Assembly: GCA_964187785.1 (NCBI GenBank)
Contig: OZ076419.1
Coordinates: 39,804,001 to 39,868,000 of the forward strand
Reading direction: 5' to 3'
Origin: Amphiscolops sp. MND2022
Lineage: Eukaryota
DNA: 64,000 nucleotides
Positions within the stretch are counted from its first letter, which is position 1. Every line of letters begins with the position of its first letter. Below the pieces are notes generated by a model. It made no database searches and was not told where the DNA came from. It worked only from the letters and a program-made list of their open reading frames with translations. This document shows positions 37,101 through 50,149 of the stretch, in pieces. The position numbers and the translations under genes were made by a program.

Positions 37101-38700
37101 TGCTGGAAAAATAAAATACCGATGACATTTCCGGGATAATGCAAAAGTTAGACTCGAACAAAACAAAGACCCCGTTCTCTGAAATCTTAGATCAAAAATT
37201 GAAGAAGAACCTTTTGACGAATTAGCGTGTACACAAGATAATCGCTATGAACACTGCCTACGAAACAAAATTTACCCCGAATTAAAATTCATCAAGATAT
37301 TGTTGCGCGAAAATACTACAACGCTATTGGACAAATCTCTCATTATCATATACTCCTACCAAAACAACTTCTTGAAGAATTCCTACAAGCATTGCATGGA
37401 CACAATGCAATTACCCAAGGAATAACAAAAAAGATCCAAGAATCACGACAAAAATACTATTACCCCTTAGTAGTAAAATACATTAAAAACTGGGTACAGA
37501 ATTGCCAATTGTGCATCCAAAACAAAAAAATCAACATGGATTTATTGAAAACACAACTTTTCAATTGTCCAGAATGGGACCTCGGTCAGGAAGACGTACT
37601 TCAAATGGGCATCTTACCTAATCGCCCACCAAGTGGAGGTTTTGATAACATTATAACAATTGATTTTTTTTCAAGATATTTATTTGCGTACCCAACAACC
37701 CGTATTACAGCCCCTACAGTCGCAAGAGTCATTATGGACATTTTGTGTAAACACACATATTTACCAACGACCATAATAACTGACATGGGCACTCAAGTTA
37801 ACTCACAAAACACACGAGAAGTAGCAGCAGCGCTTGGCGTGAACTAAAATATGCTTCGACCAAACATGCGCAAACAATTGGCATACTAGAACGCACGCAT
37901 GCTACAGTAAAAGCACATCTAAAAGCAGCTACTGGCGAATTCCGCTTTAACTGGCATAACTTCCTACCACTAGCTGTCCTAAACCACAACACAACGTCCC
38001 AAGCTTGTTTAGGATGTGAACCGACCCGTGTTTCCCACGGCAGGATGCGACACAACATACTAGACTACAATCTAGGTAATAATCCCAATCCACGGTATAC
38101 TCCGCAGACTGACAGAATAAATCCAACGCAGAATGGAGATACTAAATGATCAAACTAAAAAGAACAATATGCAGTCATATTTATTAAAACACTATGCATA
38201 CTATGACTGCAAAGCAAAAGCAGCACCACTGACAACAACAGATTATTGCTACATACTGAATCCCAGAACAGATACACAAGCAACAAAAATTCCTTCCGAG
38301 AGTTTCGTTGGACAGGCCTCTACAAAAGTTTTAAAGTCCTACCTAACAATAACTACATTGTACATAGGTTAGGGACAAAAAAAACGCAATTAATACAACG
38401 AATACGCTTGAGAAAATTCACACCCAGCGCACCGCTAGCCGATAGCTTTTTCAGAGAAACAGGCTGGCAAAAAGACAATCATTTAAGACTTGGGATACGA
38501 ATTTTGGCACAAACCCATTCGATAGAGAACCCCACCGATCATGAACAAGATGACATACACGAATATGTACCGATGAATCGAAATTTCAAAAAATTGTGGG
38601 GGAGCCCCGGTAGAACAAACTACCGTCCCTAATGAAGAAACCCTAACCAAAAATGCAGAAAATGAATTTGATACAATTGATGATCAATGAAATAAACAAT
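34160..38700 (+). pseudogene. pol: pol of element A (protease, dUTPase-like segment, RT, RNase H, integrase); many lesions
   Basis: LIDTGA protease; KLFCKLDCSQAHH and YVDDIG RT; MSDA...YAKEFLA RNase H; HGHNA..CQLC and FSRYLFAYP integrase. Confidence 0.9.
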
Positions 38701-39108
38701 ATACCCCTAATATTGATGCAGAAAAGTAGCCAGAAAATACAAAAGAAAATCACGTAACAACATTACTAGAAGATAATGATGATGTTCAAAAAGAAAAAGC
38801 TACTACTAATACACGTGGTGAAAAGTACAATTTACGAACTAACCCAAACCCTAACTTCTCAGACTCATACAGATATTAAAAACAGAAGACTACTGACACT
38901 CAACTTTCTGCCACAAGCTCCATATCAAAATTCACTATATAGCAATAAATACGGAAACAAACAGGTTAGAAGAAAAAAGTAATTGATATCAGACATCAGT
39001 TTTAAAAGAAACAAATCTAATCGTTTTTAACGGGCAATTCTGGTTTCAAAGAAGTCATCTTTCTCTTCTTGCCACTGGCAGTTGAATCGGGAAACAATGG
39101 AACATCAA

Positions 39109-39654
39109 TTAAACGACGGACGGCAGGGCTAGACACAGGAGACAGATTAATCTTCTCAGGAGATTTGCTTGGAGTGCTAGCCGCACTGGAGCTTCGACTT
39201 GAAATGGGCACTCCTCAGTAGGCATCCAATTCTTTCCTTCATCTGGACAGCTTTTACCATAACACGCCTCCAGCGATGAGCGAATCTCAATTCGTTTAAA
39301 GAAACTGGAAGACAGCAAATGCCAAACAGAAAGTTTGCATTTAGGTGGATGTCCTGGTCCCTTAGAAAGCAAATCGAAGACATGAGGCAATGAATTTGGA
39401 GACAAGAATAAACTCTCAACCTTCTGAACAGAAGCGATTGTACACTGAAGACTCCTGACTGCAGAAGAGAACTCATTGGCATCAGATTTAAGTCCAGATA
39501 AGGAAACAACGATTAATGGAGGGGAGACACAAGGACTTCGCAAAGTTTCGCAGCAGAAGCGGAACAGACGAAACAACTCTATACGGCTTTGAAGCTCGTA
39601 ATGGCAAGAGAAGAAGCTCACCCATTCTTTATTGTTATAAACTTGATCTTTCAC
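39109..39654 (-). CDS. Antisense accessory ORF between integrase and the 3' LTR of A (181 aa open)
   Basis: Open frame on the strand opposite gag/pol; the same position is occupied by an antisense ORF in B. Confidence 0.55.
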   Translation of the reverse strand: MKDQVYNNKEWVSFFSCHYELQSRIELFRLFRFCCETLRSPCVSPPLIVVSLSGLKSDANEFSSAVRSLQCTIASVQKVESLFLSPNSLPHVFDLLSKGPGHPPKCKLSVWHLLSSSFFKRIEIRSSLEACYGKSCPDEGKNWMPTEECPFQVEAPVRLALQANLLRRLICLLCLALPSVV

Positions 39655-40193
39655 GAAAGTTTGTTTTTATAGTTACCTAAATGCACATTTGTACGAAAGC
39701 TTTACCTTTATATACGCTTGATTTATGATGGCAATTATTTTAATCAAACTTACATGTAAAATTCACACGAAAATTGTAAAACCTAAGAAAAATAAAAATT
39801 GAACTTTTAAACTTCGCTATGTGAATTTTCATCCATGTTTGTTTACGATCAATTGTTACACCTTTGTCACTTGGAATGGAAAGTCAACGATCTATCCACC
39901 ATTTTTGGTAAGTGCGATGCAAGTATCATTTTGTTCTGGAGCTATTTGAATAGAAGTTGAAACATAATCAGACACCTACCCTGAAAATACGGGGAAAAGG
40001 GTCATTAGGAGAGGAGCATGACTCGATAAACTATCTGTCGTCTTGAAAAACCCGGGAAAATAACCAAAGTTCGAATGGAAACGAGAAACATTTATTCAAA
40101 CGAAATTCTCCAAAGAAAACGGTTAAAGCTCTGAAAACCTAAACGGGAAATAGAGCGCCGAGGAACTCTCATCTCTTTCCTATCGACGAGGAC

Positions 40194-41250
40194 ATGCGGT
40201 CCGTCTCTACAAACTACCCCGCATTAATAAACATATGTAGCGATTCTGGGGAAGAATTTGTGACTGAACAATCCTACTCAAAGCCGATATACCTGAGATT
40301 TAAAATTGGGGGACCGCCTAATAACCTCATGACAGCCTTTATTATTGAAGACACTGCCAGATTGTTCGCAATAAGCGAATCTGAAATACGAGAAGACTCC
40401 GTAATAGATATCACCGGCACTGACATCGAAAGAGAAATGCTAAGCATGATCTCGGAACAAACCGAATTACCAAGTTATTCACCAATTTCGTTCGTCGAAT
40501 CGAGCGGAAGCGATAACGGGAATCTACCAATAAATGCTAACTTTGCTATTGTCCCGAGAAAGAACAACGGTAGATCTGTGCTGACAGTTCTGCCCATGCA
40601 AGCTGGAAGACTAACAAGGCAACTACCCACTCAACCTGATGTTAACAGTAATAATCCTCCTATAACGTCCAAGTGAAAGGGCCAATTAGACCGATACTTA
40701 TTACACCCTTGGTGATACCGAATGAGATCCTTTTATCACACTACGCCCTTCCACATAACGGAGAGGAATATTACAGACACCCATGATAGACCAAGACAAC
40801 GTACCGGGTGCTCAATTGCGTTTATCAAATTTGGACACCCAAGGTATTGGACAATACCCATATGATACAAACGCCGGAATTTTACAACCAAACGAGCTTC
40901 GTAACGTCGTATATTACTTTAACGCCAACGGTCAGTTATACCTGGATACCCAAGGCACTCATACCAATGAGTATCTAGAGAATACTGGCGTAGACGCTGC
41001 CCGAAGTGACGACGCTACACAGCAACAGAGGAATCCCTTACGAAGACAGCTTAACCCCCCCGTTATGCAACATGTTCTGGGGAACTGTCACAGGTGCGGT
41101 AGAACCTACAATGAAGTTGCCTTGTATGCTCTGGGGGCCTACTTGGCGGCAACTGAAAACCCTGGCGAGACAGTATGAGACAGGAACATTAGATCACGGG
41201 CTTACTTAGATGGGTTCGAAGCAGCACTTATTTGCTTCAAGAATGCTGGC
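40194..41250 (+). pseudogene. Additional sense ORF upstream of the 3' LTR of A, unknown function
   Basis: ORFs 40194-40676 and 40783-41178; CHRC motif; coding-like frame continues after TGA (RSRAYLDGFEAAL) up to the LTR. Confidence 0.5.
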
Positions 41251-41251
41251 C

Positions 41252-42866
41252 TGTCACAGCCTAGATCTTGTGTTGGGTCCGTGGTGCAGCGATGATGGCA
41301 AATGTCTCACCCATCTACAGAGAACCCATTCGGAACCCCATTACTTCATAAGACTCATTTCACGTAAACTCATGTATAACTTTTGAATACCAGCAGTGTT
41401 GGAATTCATTTATTGTTACAGTTAATATTACTTGTTGGATGAGGCTGATATACATAATAATCATTGTATATTACAAGTGATTAATTTCTTGATCACTTGA
41501 TAAGTTAGGTCAAATCTTTGTTGCAGATACAAAAAAACGACTTTTGAAAAACTCTATATTTAATAACAACGAGCCCGAAACAACACTGAACCTATTTTTC
41601 TAGGGACAGAAGTATCCTGATTTACAAGTGATTAATAGTATCACGTTACATGAAATTTCATGAAATGAATAAATTACGCAGGACTCTCATGAAGCAATAG
41701 TGCGTACGAACTTAGACATTTAACTTAACTGCTGTAATGAGTTTACAGCATTTTGCAGTAAACTTTCACTCAGTCGATATTTTTGATCGTGACATTTAAA
41801 AGAATGACTCATCATATTAACCTAAGTGCAAGTGCAATATTATGTTGAAGGTAACATTTGTGTTAAGTATGACTCATTCTGCAGGTTACTACGAAATTCA
41901 TTAACGCCAAACAGATTGCTACGGTTAGAACGCTGAGTGCGGCAGCAAATCAGATTACAGATTAACAATTGTCATTCAAGTTTTTTTTTCAATTTATGAC
42001 GTAATTTTAACTTAAAATAATAATGGGACGCTATTTTTAATTATTACGTGTTTATGATGTAACCATGACACTCCAAAAATATAGATCCTGAGGAAAGGAG
42101 AGTTAAGAGCCCATAAAACGTTCATACCAAAAAAACTGCTGAACTATTCAGACCTCTTTTCTCACTTCTCAATCTTTGACTTATCTTGATAATTTGATGT
42201 TATATGCATCTTCTTCAACTCTCTATTTGACTCTGTCTTATTTCATCTTTCAATTACTTAAATTTCATCTCTCCAGCAAACAACATTTTCACCTTACTGA
42301 GATGGGGAATAAAAGAGATAGGAGGTCCAGTAAAGCACAATCACCCTCACTTGAGAACGACTTGAGCGCATCTGAAAATGAAACATCACAAGGTAACGAG
42401 ACTAATATTGAAACTCTTAGTAATTTTGAAAATGTTGGTTCAGCTAGGAAAAGAGAAACACCATTAGTAAATGGTTCTGAAAACGAGGATGAGATTCAAG
42501 TATGGACCCAAAGAATAACCGAAAAGACAAATAAGGAAGTATCAGACCTAAGGGAAGAAATGAATGAAAAATTGGAGAAAATATTGAAAGCGATGAAAAG
42601 TAGCAGAAAGGCACAATTTGTGACAAATAGAAGAAACCAAGAGCAAAACACCCCTCAAGCAGCAACCTCGAAAAACAAAAATACCAAAGACGATGAAGCA
42701 AACGCATCTGAACCAGAAGATCAAGAAAACGAAATACAGGATAGTCCTTTCAGGCCATCGAATATGAATGAATTTAAAACACCGATGAAACCTTTGAATT
42801 TACAAAACATCGATTTAAATGATTCTGTGGTTATAAATGAGGACCGGATAGGAGAGTATTATCACA
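41252..42866 (+). repeat. 3' LTR of element A
   Basis: TGTCACAGCC...TATTATCACA; contains a 124-bp foreign insert. Confidence 0.92.
41500..41623 (+). repeat. 124-bp exact duplicate of 42993-43116 inserted into the 3' LTR of A
   Basis: Identical ATAAGTTAGG...CCTGATTT; absent from the 5' LTR; flanked by duplicated TTACAAGTGATT. Confidence 0.93.
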
Positions 42867-42892
42867 ACATCGGTGTTTACAACGACTTTTAA
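42302..42892 (+). CDS. Intact LTR-borne ORF (gag N-terminal extension) running out of the 3' LTR into flank, 196 aa
   Basis: ATG at 42302 (MGNKRDRRSSKAQSPS...), stop-free to TAA at 42892; the 5' LTR copy has a TGA and a 1-nt deletion. Confidence 0.55.
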   Translation: MGNKRDRRSSKAQSPSLENDLSASENETSQGNETNIETLSNFENVGSARKRETPLVNGSENEDEIQVWTQRITEKTNKEVSDLREEMNEKLEKILKAMKSSRKAQFVTNRRNQEQNTPQAATSKNKNTKDDEANASEPEDQENEIQDSPFRPSNMNEFKTPMKPLNLQNIDLNDSVVINEDRIGEYYHNIGVYNDF

Positions 42893-43339
42893 GTTAACAT
42901 TTTTCCAAACATGTTTTTGTTCCAACTTTGTTATCCATCAAGCAGGCCTCTTATATAAAAGAAACAAAGGCTCTGCAGGAAGCTGAATTCCAATAAGTTA
43001 GGTCAAATCTTTGTTGCAGATACAAAAAAACGACTTTTGAAAAACTCTATATTTAATAACAACGAGCCCGAAACAACACTGAACCTATTTTTCTAGGGAC
43101 AGAAGTATCCTGATTTGAAGCACGTTCCTCCTTTCCCAAGTTTTTGTCTGTTATCAAATTTTAAACAGATTCCGCAGAAACTTTGTTTCTCTGCTTTTTG
43201 TTCCGATGTTATTTGTTTGATGTGAGGTTCGTATATTTGATAGGTTTTTTTGATTCCTTGGTAGTTGGAGTGGTACAGCTGGTTTTGATGCTCCATTTTC
43301 AGTTGGTGTTTTTGCCCCTTTTAACCAATTATTCTACAG

Positions 43340-43690
43340 CTCTTTGAACATTGACACAGTGCCGAAAAATGTGAAAGGGGGACACTTTTGGTATATCCAA
43401 CATCCATTCTGTTTGAAAATTGGAGGGGAGGCCTTTTGGTGCAATCCAAAAATTTTTAAAAAAGTCATAGTGCCAAAAAAATCCAAATGAAAAACACCAA
43501 AATCGGGGGCTCGGACGCTAAAAGGTGATCCCTAGTATGTTTGCGAGCTTCTGACGTTTCGAGTATGTTTTGAACGTCCGTTCAAGTTGATGATGTTGAA
43601 CAAATGAACAAAAAATGGACCTTACGGGTCCCAAAAAACTACCCGCGGTAAAATCCGGGCACTTTTCTTCAAAAGCGCCGACTAAAAACT
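43340..43690. repeat. Interspersed repeat, related to 4160-4500
   Basis: Same ordered motifs as 4160-4500. Confidence 0.55.
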
Positions 43691-44252
43691 GCTACTTAAC
43701 TGGCTGTTACTACTAATATAATGTTGAAATTTTTCACCGCTCATCATGGGGTGTTAGAGGAGATTCATTTACAGGGAATGAATTAAAGCACTAATGAATC
43801 ACATCATTTTTACATGTGTTGTCCATAATTAGGGTAACTGATTCGCAGTTGGGGGAACTTCAATTGAGCCTAAAAACACTTTTGTACATTGTAACTGCTG
43901 CCAACGTTGATAACATAGTCTCTTCTATTGATTTTCATAAACTTAGTCTAACCGTATGACGGATATACGTCGCATGTTCACTTCTTTCTTCTAACCCTTT
44001 GAATATATACGCTAAACTAACAGATAATATAATCTCCTAAACTGAGGTTGTTCCTTGATAGACATAATACTGCAGCTTTCTCAGTAGTACCACATGAAGT
44101 ACATTCTCTCTTCAATCTGTATTTCATTAGGTATTTGAAATCACACAAAATGAAATACATTTCTCATCTTTTACATGAGTACTTTAACTTTAAGAAGATT
44201 AAATTTATGCTCAAAAATGCCAAGTACTGCAATCGCTCATCTAAACACACTT

Positions 44253-45028
44253 CCCCAGCGATCGAAGACACGCTACGCTTGCCAAGATCATGGTTAATAT
44301 TGCTAAATCATAGTTAACCATGGTACCCTTGTCAAGATCAGGGCAAATAATGATACATGAAACGCTTGTGAAGATCATGACAAGATCATGGCAAGATCTT
44401 GGCAAGACAACCATGGTAAGACATGTGAGCTGTTTTCAATGGTATAATTTATTCTTTTCATGAAAATTTCTTGACGACTTCAATTTCTGACTAAGTCGTT
44501 GTGATAACTTCGGACATAACCTTTAGTTAACGAAAAAAAAGCTTTTCAATCTGAAAAGTATACAACAATTCTCAATAATTTGCTGCATCTATTGACCGAG
44601 TTTTGTTACTTGAGAACACGGCATTGTTACTACTATCATAAATCATTATACAAAGCAAACTTCTAATCAAGTTATTACAACTTGCGAGTTTGCGATATCG
44701 GTGTGAAAACCAACTTTTCTAGCTATGATTTGTTAATCATGTTAATACCTCACCTATTGAGGTAACGTGTTGAAATTACTGAAGTTCAAGAATGCAATAG
44801 AAACCGGTGCAACAAAAATAAATAGAATTAGAAAATGAGAGTTACCAAAAAGCGGATTTGGTACCATGGAACCCTTGTCAAGAACATGGTTAACATTGAC
44901 ATCCTTGTCAAGATCATGGTAAAACCTGGTACGCTTGGCACGATATTGCATAATCATGGTATCCTTGCCAAGATTTTGGTAAGATCATGGTAAGATCTTG
45001 GCAAGGCTAGCTAGCGATTTACCATGGG
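44253..45028. mobile_element. MITE-like element with subterminal CAAGATCATGG/CAAGATCTTGG repeat clusters
   Basis: Motif clusters at 44277-44425 and 44860-45010; imperfect terminal inversion CCCA...CGCTA..CTTGCCAAGATC; no clear TSD. Confidence 0.45.
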
Positions 45029-45048
45029 ATTTATTTGAGAATTGAATT

Positions 45049-45925
45049 TCAGTTCAAGTTTGGTGTGTGGATGTCGTGTATGCGGGACAAATAGTTCGCA
45101 GCAGCGTTAGCTTTGCATGGGATGTGACCTGGGACAAAGATAAAAATAAGTACATGATCAACACAAGTCCACAAACTTGAGGGAATTGTCTTGGCTTGGA
45201 AAAATCTGGTTAAACTACGGTTATCAGTGAGCACTAGCACGGTTTGGTACATCCCCATAAAATATGAGCGAACGTACCAAAGGCAAAATGTACAGCGAGA
45301 CATTTCCTTGCATATAACGACAATTTCAATAAAGTGGGATTGAAAATTTTGGAGCCAAACGAAACCGGGATGTATGATTTATGAGTTTTACCTGATTGGT
45401 CGGTAAGATAGTCTTCAATCATAAGAACAAAGCCAGCTGCGTAAAAGCTAGCGTCAGTCAAAACGATGTATGTTGGGCGTTACCTTTTGGTAGGCGAAAT
45501 GAGAAGTCACAAGCCTGTTCCAAATCTTTTCGAAGTTCTGCTATTTTCGTATGAGGTTCATTGGTCAAAACAGTGTCATTTTCTTTACGTGGTAATTTGT
45601 AGAAAGGCAAAAGTTTTTCTCTCAAATTTGGTAAAAATGACCTGAAGTACTAAAAGATTCCTATGAAACGGCGAGTAAGCAGTTTTCAGCACTTTAAGCA
45701 AAAAGTCTGACATATGCTTTTTGTCGGGGTTCATACCTTCACTGGTACTGGTTTGCCTAAGAAAGTCGTTTTTTTTAAGACCAAACTTACTTTTACCAGG
45801 GGCGAATTTTAAACCTGCTTTTTCTGTGCAAACAAAAATGGCTTTCGATTTGTTAACAAACTCGCCAAAGGTGTTAGCGGCTGTACCTAACTCATCCACG
45901 TATTGAAAGCATTGGTCTGCAACAA
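45049..45925 (-). pseudogene. pol: RT C-terminus plus RNase H fragment of a third Gypsy lineage (probably element D)
   Basis: ADQCFQYVDELG RT; TDASFYAAGFVLMIEDY and TDNRSL RNase H; differs from the RNase H of A and B. Confidence 0.8.
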
Positions 45926-45929
45926 TACA

Positions 45930-48289
45930 TGGGTCGTTTTGAGTTGAATTTATTCTGACATATTTTGTAGGGGTGTAAAAACTGCTAACTTTCTTCTCTG
46001 TTTCCTCTTCAAGGCTCTCCCTAGCATTTTCTCCTATTTTAGGTTTCAACATTTTCAAAATCTCTTTTTGGGATTCTACAAGAAGGCTTTTGATTTCGGA
46101 AGTACTTTCCTCCTTCAAAGAAGCATTCAAACTCTCAAAAGGCTATTTTCAATTCTGGGGGGATTTTGGTCTAGAAGGGCACGCAATGCTTACGTCCTTG
46201 TCTAGATGACAGGTATTTTCTTCTATTATGGGTGAAACTAAGCCATCACTTACACTTTCGGTGCTCTCCTGCTGATTGTTTCATCTCTTTTGACTTCTCG
46301 TGGTAGTCATTCTGAATGTAGAGATCCATTTTGAAATTTCAATTTCGAACTGTATTTTTCAACAAAGTTGAAAATAAGCTTGAGAATTGAGAAGATTGCT
46401 GCACAACTGATTTTTACAGATGAGAAAGGACTAAGTCCCTTGATTATAGAGAAACAGCATATTTATACCCTCCTAGCATCATTTGATCACGCATAATTCC
46501 CTAATTTTCCTTGAACAATTAGTCATTTCCTGTATTTTTGATAAAAACATCTTGTTCCCAAATTTGCGTCAATATTTTGCCAAATTTTAACACATGGCAA
46601 TTCCAATCTAGTATTAGTCATCAAGCATGATCATATCATTTCATCCCGGCGTCCTTTTGTTTCCTCCCAAGCAGGCAGTAGATATTACTTCAGTCTGTCA
46701 AACTGGATATGATTCCCTAATTTACTGCGTTGTTTCGTAGGAAAACTGACGCGGAGATGACGCTGACGTGAACAACTAATACCTGATTTTGAACTTCGAT
46801 TTGAACAAACGCTATGACTAATTCCCTAGTTATGATTATTTGAACGGTGCTAGTAAAATTTTTTGAATGGATCGGAAAACTGAAAACTAGATTGAGAGCA
46901 AATGTAACAATTAAAAACATCAACGCACAAATTAACATATATGGAACAATTCTAATCTGGCACAACAATAACGACAAGTTTACGAATTAGAGGAATGCTT
47001 CGTTATAATTAGCAACGGTTTGATAATATCACAGCAGGTTTTGGGATTGACAACAATAATCTTTCGCAGAGTATAAACATGGTCAACGTTATGAAATACA
47101 TGGCTAGGAAGTATGATGTAAAAGTACAAGCGTACGAAAATACATCTTTAATACAAAATACAAATAGCTCGTTTCAGTTACGACTACAAACTGTGACTTT
47201 CGTTCATACACTTCGAGGGAATTTCATTTGGATTAGTTCCTAGTGCGGTTTTAGGTTACCGGAGATTTGTCAGACGAAAGGTTGCGGCAAATTTCGAAGA
47301 TCGCCTCATTTCTCTAATCAGATTAGTCGTACCCTAAACGTACTCTTTAAATCAGACTTATCAGCAAAATATCCAATTCACCGCTTTAAAATGATTAGAG
47401 TAATTATTTTGATGGGTTTCTGACGTAGTGTTGGCAATTTCCTCGACTAATTTGACTGGTTTACTTAACTTATCTAATTTCATGAACTTGTCAACGTAGT
47501 GTTGACGTAAATTATTGGCAACCTTGGCAAACCGTCTAATTTGACGCAATATTGACGAGTATTCTAGAATGAATCTTTAAGTAGCGGCCAAGACCGCGAC
47601 GTATCTATGGCGGATTTTTGGAATGATTTTCGGTTAGCTACCATCGCGGTGACGTGGTTATGGCGGATATTTGGAATCGTTTTGCAACCAGCAAGGACGG
47701 AGTCGTGATATCACTAAGTGGTCCTATCAACTTGTTTTCGTCATTGCGACGTTGCATGTACGGTATTGCTTTACTGCCGCCACCTTTTTTCTTTACTTAG
47801 CGCTACATTGTTTTCTTAAATCATTTTAATTGCTGTTCCAATGCAAACAACTAGCTTTGTTTTGACAAAACGTAATCCCCTAACATGTATTTCAAAGTGA
47901 TTTTCATTTTAGATTTGGTTATATGCTCTTTCAGAGATAAATTTGTATCTGATTTTCTTTTATATTAGACTATGATTTCGAACCTGAGACGCAGTTTTGG
48001 TTTAATTTTCAGGTACCGGATGTTCCTATTTTGACGTGACAAAAGCGTCATGCCGGAAATGGGTGAAATCATTTTGGTCCATTTATTTTCCTGTTTTCTT
48101 TTTCGTTTAAGATTTGCGCAACATAGACGTAATTTTTATATTTTCAGTCACATTTTATTTTAAATGTGAGTACGAATATTTGGAGTTTATAATTAAAGAA
48201 CCATTTGGGGAATAGCAGGCTGGTGCCGTGTCCTCTTCCGATTCTGATGCGTTTGCAGCAACAACCCACACAGGGAGCGGGCTGCGACA
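45930..48289 (-). repeat. 3' LTR of element B (~2.36 kb)
   Basis: Starts TGTCGCAGCCCGCTCCC after AAGAGTGGCCC; homologous to the solo LTR 21846-24036; final ~15 nt missing. Confidence 0.88.
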
Positions 48290-50149
48290 GGGCCACTCTT
48301 CTGGGGGGAACCCCTCTGCCGGGTTGTCGGGACTGTAGCGACAGCTCTGGCGCAGATTCACTGGTGGCTGCAGATTCTGCTTCATCTCTCCTTTCCTCCA
48401 GGTCGTTCAGGGGACTCATTGGTTGGAAGCTTATTCATCTTGGTGTGCCAGGAGGGTAACAAAGTACGAATAGGAGAACTCTTGTTGAACTTGCTCTAGA
48501 TATTCTAGGACTCTACTGCTAGTGGGCGGCATCTTCTACTATGAATATCTCTGAGCTTAGACTTTCGTCGGGGCTTTCGGGGTTATCTGCAGGTTCTTCT
48601 TCTCGCAAGTTTTCTAATGCCTATTCCGTTTCGGGAGATTTTTCAGATTCAATAGATTCGTAGCTTAGATTTATTCTCATTCTTTTGCAGTCAGATTCCA
48701 GAGACTCTAGCGACAAGTCGAAATATTCTTCATCCCAAACAACTGTGGCCTCAGTGGGAGAATAGAAAAATTCTTTTTTCTAGGATTCCCTCTTTGTCGC
48801 TAGATGAGATGTCGACCATTTCGTATGTTCCTTCGTATGCCCATCTTTATTTGCAGCAGCGGTTGTAAATTGTCAAGTTGCTGGCTGGCACTGTTGATTG
48901 TTTCTAGAATCGATTGTTTCTAGAATCGAGGTTTCTGTCGCCCCTAAACCTTATTAGGATTAGTTAGGATTAAGGAAAATGTTGGGATAAACCCTCCATT
49001 CCGATTGGTTAGTCATCATTTAAATCCTTTTTTAATCCCGGGTGTTGGCAATTTGCCAACGTCGCGTTTTTATTGGCTACGAATTGAATAGTTCGCTCAA
49101 CCAAGCTTGTCAACATTATGCTGACGTCAATTTTGCTAGCCTTTAACTATCTTTTAGTTTTCTCACCGTTTTGATGACGTCATTGTAGATTGAAGTGTAA
49201 TGTTTTAACCCTGATAACGTCTTTTGTCGACGTTATTCCGACGTCAATTTCGTTGGTAATTAACCAACTTTAGGTTTTGTCGTTTTATCACCGTTTTGAT
49301 GACGTCAATTTCAGTTGTTGTTTTCATCATGTCAGCCGTTGTTGTCGTGACTGGCGTCAATCAAGTTGTTTTAGTTTCTTCTGTTTTTCCAGATGTCTTG
49401 CTGTTCACGATACCTGGTGCTCGTAAGCGTGCTGATCTTGGAGCTCCGAGTGGCAACGAGACCTGGTTTCTCTTTTCTGAGGGTGATTTTTGTCAAAGTG
49501 ACGTTGATGACTTTCGTCAACTCCCAACTGGTAGGTTTGTTATTTTTCCTCCCTTGAGCGTTTGTAGCAGTTAGGCCTTTTCTGCGTTTTGTATTTCCAC
49601 AGCTCAGAGTTGCTGACGCGTCGACACGGGAATTCTTTTTATCATCAGGTTCTGGAATCGCTGCAGTTCTTGCTGAGGCTGTGCCACTCCCTCCTTCTGT
49701 GGTCGCTGCAGTAGAGACAGGAGAAGTTGATCAGGTTGAACTACCCGTTGTTGTTTCAGTGAGATCTGAAGTGACTCTTCCATTTGTTCCCGATGTGTCA
49801 GATAATCCTGCTTCTGTCGCCCCTTTTTCGTCCTTCCGAGTTGATGAGCTTGACGTTCCCTTGGCAATTTTACTTTCTCCTTCCAAGCGGCTTGGAGGGT
49901 CTGATGCGTCAATTGCTGGTGTTGTTTCTGCTCGCGAAGGCGAGGAGGTTCCCCCTCTCTGCGAGTTAGAGTTCAGACAACGTCAATGTATTGCGGCATG
50001 GGCTCCTTGTACACTTGCTAGACCTTTGTGAATATCGAATTTGAGATTTTCCGGGCATCTTCTCATTTAAGTGTTTTGGCGCGTAGTGTCGTCGTTGCTA
50101 GTTGTTGAGTGTTGGTTGTTATATTTAGATGTTGTGACCTTTGAAAAGC

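Larger units (their letters stand above)
31587..42866 (+). mobile_element. Full-length, decayed Ty3/Gypsy LTR retrotransposon, family A
   Basis: LTRs 31587-33100 and 41252-42866 (~88% alike by eye), TSD ACATG/ACATC, PBS, gag, PR-RT-RH-IN order. Confidence 0.93.
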
